Assembly (NCBI RefSeq): GCF_006345805.1
Contig: NC_043005.1
Coordinates: 61,752,001 to 61,816,000 of the forward strand
DNA length: 64,000 nucleotides
Direction of reading: 5' to 3'
Source: Octopus sinensis
Taxonomy: Eukaryota
The notes beneath the pieces were generated by a model. The model was not told where the DNA came from. It did no database searches and worked only from the letters and a program-made list of their open reading frames with translations. The position numbers were made by a program, and so were the translations under genes. Positions 26,915 to 64,000 of this stretch are shown here, piece by piece (within the stretch, counting starts at the first letter, position 1; each line of letters begins with the position of its first letter).

Positions 26915-28205
26915 CGAGGGACGTTCAATAAGTAATGTCTCTGACCCACTTCCAGGTGTTTGATCTAGTTGAAATTTTGCATGTGCAATTACTTATATCT
27001 CTATAGATTAGGTGGCAAATTACAGCTCTGAACTAATTATGGTTTCCGATTTACAGGTGTTTGAACTGAGTCAAGTGTGAAATGGAGCCTGTTGAGTGTT
27101 GAGCAGTGATCCGGTTTTTGTATTTGAAAGGACGCACCCCATGGGAGACTTTTGATGAAATGAAAGTAACTTATGGTGATGATGCCCCATCATATGACCT
27201 TGTAAAACGCTGGCATCGTGAATTCAAACATGGTCGGAACTCTGTGGAAACAGCTCCCAGATCTGGTCGACCCCCTTCTGCCATTGATGAGGCATCTGTC
27301 CGTCAAGTTGAGGCTGCCATTTTGGAAGATCGACGCATAACAATTCGCCAAATAGCCCATGAGGTCAAGATTAGTACCGGGTCAGTGGAAACTATCATTC
27401 ATGACCATTTGCATATGCAAAAGGTGTCTGCCAGATGGATTCCCAGGTTGCTCACACCTTTCCAGAAGCAAGAACGCATCGAGTGCTCGAGGATGAATTT
27501 GGAGATGTACCAAGAAGATGAGTCAAACTTTTTCAAAAGACTGATTACACAGGATGAAACCTGGGTCCATCACTATGATCCAGAGACCGAAGCCCAGTCA
27601 ATGCAGTGGAAGCACCGTGACTCACCTCCTCCAAAGAAGGCAAGGGTACAGCCCTCTGCTGGCAAGGTCATGCTCACAGTCTTCTGGGACCAGGACGGAG
27701 TAGTGATGACAGATTTCCTGGCAAAGGGTACCACAATTACAGGAGCCTATTATGCTTCACTTTTGAGGAAATTAAGAGAAGCTATCAAAATCAAGAGGCG
27801 GGGCAAGATCAGCGAAGGCATCCTCCTCCTGCAGGACAACGCTCCGGTCCACAACTCGCGTGTCGCCAGATCAGAAGCACAGGCGTGTGGCTATGAACTC
27901 CTCCCCCACCCCTTATTCTCCTGACCTTGCACCCTCTGATTTTCACCTCTTCCCAGCCATGAAGTTGTTTTTGAAAGGAAAGCATTTCCCAGATGATGCA
28001 GCCTTGATTTCTAAAGTCACGTCGTGGATGGAGGACCAAGCTGGGTTCTTTTACAAAAATGGTCTCCAGAGCTGGATCAAACGATGGGAGAAATGCGTAA
28101 CTCTGAGTGGTTCCTATGTAGAAAAAGACCAATAACTGTGCCAAGTTCCGTTGCTCTACTGGTATGGGAAGTGGGTCAGGGGCATTACTTATTGAACGCC
28201 CCTCA
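26915..28205 (+). mobile_element. Full-length (1291 bp) mariner, DD34D, irritans-like, two inactivating lesions
   Basis: TIRs cgagggacgttcaataagtaatg / cattacttattgaacgcccctca with TA flanks. ATG at 27082, TGA at codon 7, frameshift near 27910. Motifs WIPRLL, TQDETW, LLQDNA, YSPDLAPSDFHLF. Confidence 0.95.
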
Positions 28206-28209
28206 TATG

Positions 28210-28578
28210 CCCTATTGGAAGGGCCTGGGAAAATTGTGGTGAAGCATGGGATCCAAATTTTTATTCTTTATTTTTGTTGGGACATGAAATTGTGAAAATC
28301 TTTTTCCCAGCAAACATACAGTACCTATACTCAGCTTATTCAAACCAATCCCTCCAAACATGCATACTGTGTAAAAACTGTTTGCCACAATATAGTTTTT
28401 TTTGTCTATTTTTGTATTCAGTACTTAATAAATGAGTTACCTGTACATATTTTTGTGTTAAATAGCTGTGATAAAATATCAAAAATAAAGTTCTTTTTTT
28501 CCAACCGTCGGTGGGGCACACACTTTTCTGGAAAGTTATAGGTGGGGCCTGGGGGAAAATAGGTTGAGAAACACTGGT
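28210..28578. mobile_element. Right part of a hAT-type MITE, possibly split by the mariner (candidate left end about 26891)
   Basis: Right end ggttgagaaacactg; a candidate left end cagtgatttccaa lies just upstream of the mariner. Confidence 0.4.
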
Positions 28579-31436
28579 TTATGATGCTGTACATTAACAC
28601 ATTCACTCCATCAAATTGGCTTTACCTGCATAGGTGCCATATGTCAGAGTTCAAAATGATCCCAGAGCAATGGGAAATGATGTATTTTACTCAAGAAAAC
28701 AACACACTGCCTGATGTAGGAATCAAATCCAAGATCTTGCAATTGCAAGTGCAACGCCCTAACCATTAGGACATGTGCTTCACATACATATTCAATGTTA
28801 ATAAATCCTTTGTAAGAATGAAATGACGGAAAATATGCAAACCATACTATTGTACCTATTCTTTACTACCCACAAGGGGCTAAACACAAAAGGGACAAAC
28901 AAGGACAAACGGATTAAGTCGATTACATCGATCCCAGTGCGTAACTGCTACTTATTTAATCGACCCCGAAAGGATGAAAGGCAAAGTCAGCCTCGACAGA
29001 ATTTGAACTCAGAATTTGAATAGCAGACAAAATACCGCTAACCATTTCGCCCGGCGTGCTAACATTTCTGCCAGCTCACAGATACATACTATTGTACCTT
29101 TCTGTAACATGCCTATGTCTATCTCAATACATAACCTGCTGATTTTTTTCAGATGGAGCTCCATATCATTCCAGTTGTACAGATTTTATTTTCATAAAGA
29201 CTGAATCCCAATTTAATTACAAGGATTAACCAGCAGAAGATGGGGGAGAGGGAGCACATCCCAGAACACATGATGTGTTCAGTTGTGCCCTACAGACATG
29301 ACCATGATAGTGTTACCATGGAGAATAGCCAAGGACACTCACTGCAGCAGTCACTTGTGTGGCTCCTTTCTCAGACAGGCCACAGTTATCCTGATTTCGC
29401 TGAAGAAATTGGCAGCGCAGGGTCCAAGAACACCTGAGGTCTCAACGGCAACTGGTATAAACTGATAGCGACTAGTCAGGCTCCTGTAATTATTCATTTT
29501 TCTCTCCTCTGTATAACAAATTACAAATAGAATAACAAATTCAGTTCACAACCATTTAGTTAAAGGAGATAGCGAGTACCTATGATCCTCCACAAGGTTT
29601 CCAAGACTAGTGGGAAGGAGGGAGATGGAAAGGTATTCTCACATGAGAGTTCTATCTTAAGCTTTTGCGACAGGGTAGACTCCAATTAAAACACCTAACA
29701 TACTAGATGGTGGTATTAAGTACTGGATAAAGTCAAATGTCAAGAAGGCCACAACAGGATTTGAACTCAGAATGCAAAGAACTGGAACAAATACTACAAG
29801 GGACCATCTGATACTCTACTGATTCCACTAGACCACTATACAAGACTAGTACTTTATTTATTGAACCAGGAAGGATGAAAGGCAAAGCTAACCTTGACAG
29901 GATTTGAACCCAGAATGTAAAAAGACAGAGAATAGAATACAAAACATTTGCTCCAATACTCCAACAACTGTAATTGATTTACATGAGGTAAAGCACCTGA
30001 TTAATTAACTTGCTACAAATCACACTATACCATCTAAATGGTTTCAAATGTTAGCACAAGGCCTGTAATTTGGGGGGGGAGTGGGATACTCAATAACTTC
30101 AGCCCTTGTGGTCAGCATTTTATAGATTCTGAAAGGAAAAGCAAAGTTGACCTTTTACAGAATTTGAACTCAAGAATGTAAAAAGCAGGAAGAAATGCTG
30201 CTAAGCATTTTGCCAAATGCACAAATGGTTCCTCCAACCCTGCAGTTTTACTATATCATCTAAACGAAAAGGAAATATACATAAGAAAATGTAGTGTGTG
30301 ATAACACTGTCAGAAAAACGTGATGAGAGGAGCATTCCAGTTGAAATGCCTCTGTTTATCGGATTCATTGGATAATATAGTACTAGATACACTCAGTCAG
30401 AATACATTTGATAAATGAGATACACGGGATAATTATAAATTTTATTTATACACACATCATAACATTTTCATTTCAATAGCTAAGCTGGTGTGATAGATTA
30501 TCATATATTTAATCTGTCATTAGAGTATGATATTACAGTCAATCAGTGTTATTATTCACAATTAGAAACACATTATTGTCTTATAGATTTAGTTATTACT
30601 ATTATAGCAATTGTTGTTGCTATTGTCAGATGTAACTATGTGCAAAATTCTCTCATTAGGACTTGTTTAATATAAATTTTTGCTTAGTTGTTTTTAAACA
30701 AGTTAGATTTTGATGGAATAATCTTATTATTAATGTGAAAGGAGGAAGATTAGCAAGAGGAGGTTGTTGAAGAGAGAGAGAGAAAGACAGAGCTGAAGAA
30801 GAGAAAGCACAGGATAAAACAGAGAAGGAAAAGAAGAAAGAAAGGAGAAAAGAATGAAAAGGAGGGCCACAGTGAGGAAGAAGCATTACAGAAGTTCAAT
30901 GAAGGAAGAGAGAAGAAGGAGAAGAAATGCAGACCAAGAAAGTGGGGAGTGGATGAAAATGAGAAAACAGCAGCAAAATATTGTAATTAGCATTGTCATT
31001 AGTACATTGAGTAGAATGTCTCACGGTATTTGTTCTGAATCTCAGTGTTGTGGGTTCAAATCCCAGTGAGGTCAACTCTGCCTTTCATCCTTTCAGGGTT
31101 AATGAAAATGTACCAATTCAGAGAAGAGAATTAGTGGAACTGTAATAATGATTTCAAATTTTAGCACAAGGCCAGCAAGTTTGGAGGAGAAGTAAGTTGA
31201 TTACATCAACCCCAGAGCTTAACGAGTACTTATTTTATTGATCTCAAAATGAGGAAAGGCAAAGTCAACCTTGGTGGAATTTGAACACAGAACATAAATA
31301 TGGACAAAATGCCATTAAGCATTTAGCCCAATGTGCTAACAACTCAGCCAACTTGCTGCCTTAGTTGAACTGCAGTAATACTAGGCAGAATGCTTTACAA
31401 CAGCTGTTCCTTTGTTTTTGCTTTCCGAGTTCAAAT

Positions 31437-32190
31437 TCAGCTACTGCATCTCCTGCTCTCTCTGCCCTTCTCTATACATTGGGCAAACAGGATGCCACTT
31501 GGCTGACCAGTTTGCAGAACACCTCTGAGACATCCGACTCGGCAATGACACCCCGGTCTCATGCCATTTCCGCTCTACCAGTCACTCTTTGCAACACCTG
31601 TCTGTGTTTGGATTGTCCTTGCACAGGGGCCATCTGGACTCACCTTTGCCCCATGAACAGGGATTAATCTTCCCTCTTCACTCCTTTGTGCCACATGAGC
31701 TCAACTCTCCTCCTCTCTTCATCTAACCTCCTCCCCTCTCCTCTCTCCCCCTCACACCTACTTCCTCCCACCCACTTCTCCCTTCCCCTTTCATCATCGC
31801 CCCTCCCTCGTAACCCCACCCCACCCCTACACAATCCGACCCCACCTTCCCTATCCATCCCATTCCACCTATCCCATCCCTCACACCCACCCCTTCCTTC
31901 ACACCCACTACCAACTCTACCCTCACCCTAACCCACACCCCACCCTTGCTTTCCCTACTCTCGCCTCCCACACCTCCCAACACCATCACACCACGCCACA
32001 CACCACTACAACATACACCACCAAACCACACAACACCACCACGCACACACTAGCACTGCCCACTTCTCAGCCCCAAATCCACACACCTAGATATAAACAC
32101 GTGAAAGACTTTTTCACTTCCCAAACTAATACATCTGTTTGTTGTCTACACCACCAGTCTTCATCTTTTGTTTTTTTGTGAATTCTTCCC
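31437..32190 (+). mobile_element. Penelope-like element 3' fragment: GIY-YIG C-terminus, C-rich UTR and terminal region
   Basis: YCISCSLCPSLYIGQTGCHLADQFAEHL*DIRLGNDTPVSCHF...LSVFGL...EQGLIF...PHELNS, followed by a CT/CA-rich tract. Confidence 0.8.
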
Positions 32191-32191
32191 T

Positions 32192-32227
<36 letters not shown>

Positions 32228-32239
32228 CATATATAGACC

Positions 32240-32285
<46 letters not shown>

Positions 32286-32445
32286 CCTATATATATAGAT
32301 ATACATATATAGACCTGTATATATACATATATAGACCTCCTTAAAAGACTGTTAAGAAAAGGGTAGCAAAAGTATACACTCTCATGTTTCACAAATCAGT
32401 CTCTGAATTATATATAATTATAGAATCCTTAGAAAGTTCTGCCTT

Positions 32446-61673
<29,228 letters not shown>

Positions 61674-61752
61674 CTGAAAAAATATAATAATAATTCTTTG
61701 AAACTCAGGAACAAAAGAACACATTCTGTGAACAGAGTCATAATTCAGTTAA

Positions 61753-61973
61753 CCCTTTTGTTACCAACCCGGCTGAAAACGGCTCTGGCTCTGTAGTACA
61801 AATGTTTTGTTTTCATAAGTTTTGCATTAAAATCTACCACCAAATCTTAGTCACAATTTATGTTCCTAACACAAGCTTAATGATAACTAAGTTATTTTAC
61901 TAAATTCTTTGTTATATTTAAAATAATTGAAAGAAACACAAAGCTTCTCAAAATAAATACAGTAACAAAAGGG
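61753..61973. mobile_element. piggyBac-type MITE, inverted copy of 33854-34073
   Basis: TTAA-CCCTTTTG...CAAAAGGG-TTAA. Confidence 0.85.
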
Positions 61974-63649
61974 TTAAAGTGATCCTTGTTGGTACTTTAT
62001 TTTATTGATGTTGGAAAGGATGAAATACAAAAGTGGCCTCAGTGGAACTTGAACTCAAAACATAAGGCATTCAACTATTTACTGCAAGACATTTTGTCTT
62101 CTGTTTTCCATAGTACAAGAATAAAACTTAATATTAAACTTCAGCCGTTCAGCATCAAAGCTTGGATGGCGATGGCTCTATATTCTTTAATTTGCAAGAA
62201 AATGCAGCCAAACACCTTCAAGTCACACATTCTATCATCTTAAAAAAGATACACTAATGATGTAGTCATACACATATATAGACTGATCATAGCTTGAAGC
62301 TCTTTGACCAGGAGTCTGTCTGATCAGGGCTAATCAACATTTGTTTCCACACATCTTTGTATTGACACCATTTGGTCTGTGGTGATGTTTCTGTATGTCC
62401 TGCATACACAGTGCATTCCTCAATTCAGCTGCTCAATGAGCAAAGTGCAGTGGAATAAAGAACCTTATGTGAAAACAAAAACTGGCATGAGGAAGGTATC
62501 ACACTATGAAATATTATCTCAAGAAGTCTTGTTCAACTCATATAGAAAGATGATCAACAAAAATTATACAAATAGAACCTGCCCTGTGTCACAAGGCAAG
62601 TCTCAGAAAAAAACTAAAAAGAATAAAGAAGACTTATTTATCACCATGGCTTCATAGGGGAAACAAGTTGTAGCATAGCAGAAAGAACAGAGAAACCACA
62701 GAAAGATTATATAAAAAAAGAATACACCATTGTTACTCAACCAACATGGAAATGAAAAACATGATAGCTTGATAAACAACATTAAAGTGAAAATTCTATC
62801 AATGCACCTGCTTGACTTTACATAAAGGCAAATTGAGGGAGCAATATATGTATTAGTTAAAGAATGAACTCCACAAAAAGAATGAGTGAAGTAACAACAA
62901 CCCAATCTGATATGGTTTCTTTGAAAAAAATGGTCAATAATCAGTGAAATGGATTCATCCTTTATCTGCACATCAAAAGTATAGAATGTATATGTTCACA
63001 TTTTTGTTATTTCCTCTTACAGCTAAGGCTATCAAATGACTGGATTTATTTCAGTTCTATTGATTCCTGATGCATTATACATAAAATATATATTGTTTAT
63101 TAACAGTGGACCATCAGAAGCACAAGATATTCAAAATAAGTACCCATTACTTTAGGCTTAAAAACATGCAAGCGTTTTTTTCCAAGTGAAGAAGATACAT
63201 TGATAAAACAAGTTACTGAATCATACTTCATACATATATATGGCTCAGCATTAGAATGTATACATACACATATATAAATCTGCATATGCATGAGTTTGTA
63301 TATATGCATGTTTAAACACACACACACACATGTATATGTGTGTTTGTGTGTATATGATATAGACATATGCTTAAACATACATACAAATTCATGCAGATAC
63401 AGATCTTTATTTCTATAGGTATACATTCAAATGCAAAGCTGCATATATATATATATATATCATCATCATCATCGTTTAACATCCGTTTTCCATGCTAGCA
63501 TGGGTTGGATAGTTTGACCGGGGTCTGGGTAGCCAGGAGGCTGCACCAGGATCCAGTCTGATCTGGCAGTGTTTCTACAGCTGGATGCCCTTCCTAATGC
63601 CAACCACTCCATGAGTGTAGTGGGTGCTTTTTACATATATATATATATT

Positions 63650-63685
<36 letters not shown>

Positions 63686-64000
63686 CATATAGTTAATCCA
63701 AACATGAACAAGCAAGAAAAAACAACAACGTGAGGATGTGGAATAAGTACAGTGCTATTGGACGCTCAGGAAAGGAAAGAAAAGAAAGAGGATTTAACGT
63801 TTTGAGCAGAGCTCTTTATCAGAAATATAGAAAAAGTCCAAAGAAGGGAAGACGAAGAAAGAAAATCGCCAACGATACACACGCGGTCACATAATATATA
63901 TATATATACACACACATATATATATATGTGGATATATGCATATGTGAATGTATTTTTCTATGTACCATTACATACACAAACACATATACTTTCTCATATG

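Noticed and set aside
30760-30970. GA-rich tracts here and at 34560-35000 giving K/E/R-rich or S/L/F-rich frames, a possible TM or acidic exon
   Set aside because: Low-complexity purine tracts without splice structure or a credible TM-juxtamembrane pattern.
61700-64000. Search for the next upstream EGFR-like exon, including a Cys-containing frame at about 62340-62430
   Set aside because: No frame had a domain II Cys pattern with valid splice sites; the exon probably lies beyond the window.

Overview
AT-rich, microsatellite- and transposon-dense animal genomic DNA. The SINE/RTE/Penelope landscape suggests an octopus-type cephalopod (inference). One host gene is supported: seven minus-strand exons (61673 to 32446) splice in frame through GT-AG introns into a 358-aa partial EGFR/ErbB-like ectodomain (furin-like domain II end, L2 domain, furin-like domain IV). 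Its 5' exons were not found in the window. The domain II dimerisation-arm motif is replaced by basic residues. The last exon ends, if unspliced, in a polybasic tail and a stop codon, and I found no transmembrane or kinase exon in the next 32 kb, so this may be a secreted decoy-type EGFR paralogue. The rest is mobile DNA: mariner/Tc1, hAT, piggyBac-type MITEs, Helitrons, RTE, CR1, a Dong/R4 array in (TAA)n, tRNA-SINEs and Penelope-like elements. Several unrelated short inverted-repeat elements carry outward-facing minimal type I hammerhead ribozyme motifs. Most ORF-track entries are microsatellite artefacts. All calls were made by eye, without database searches.
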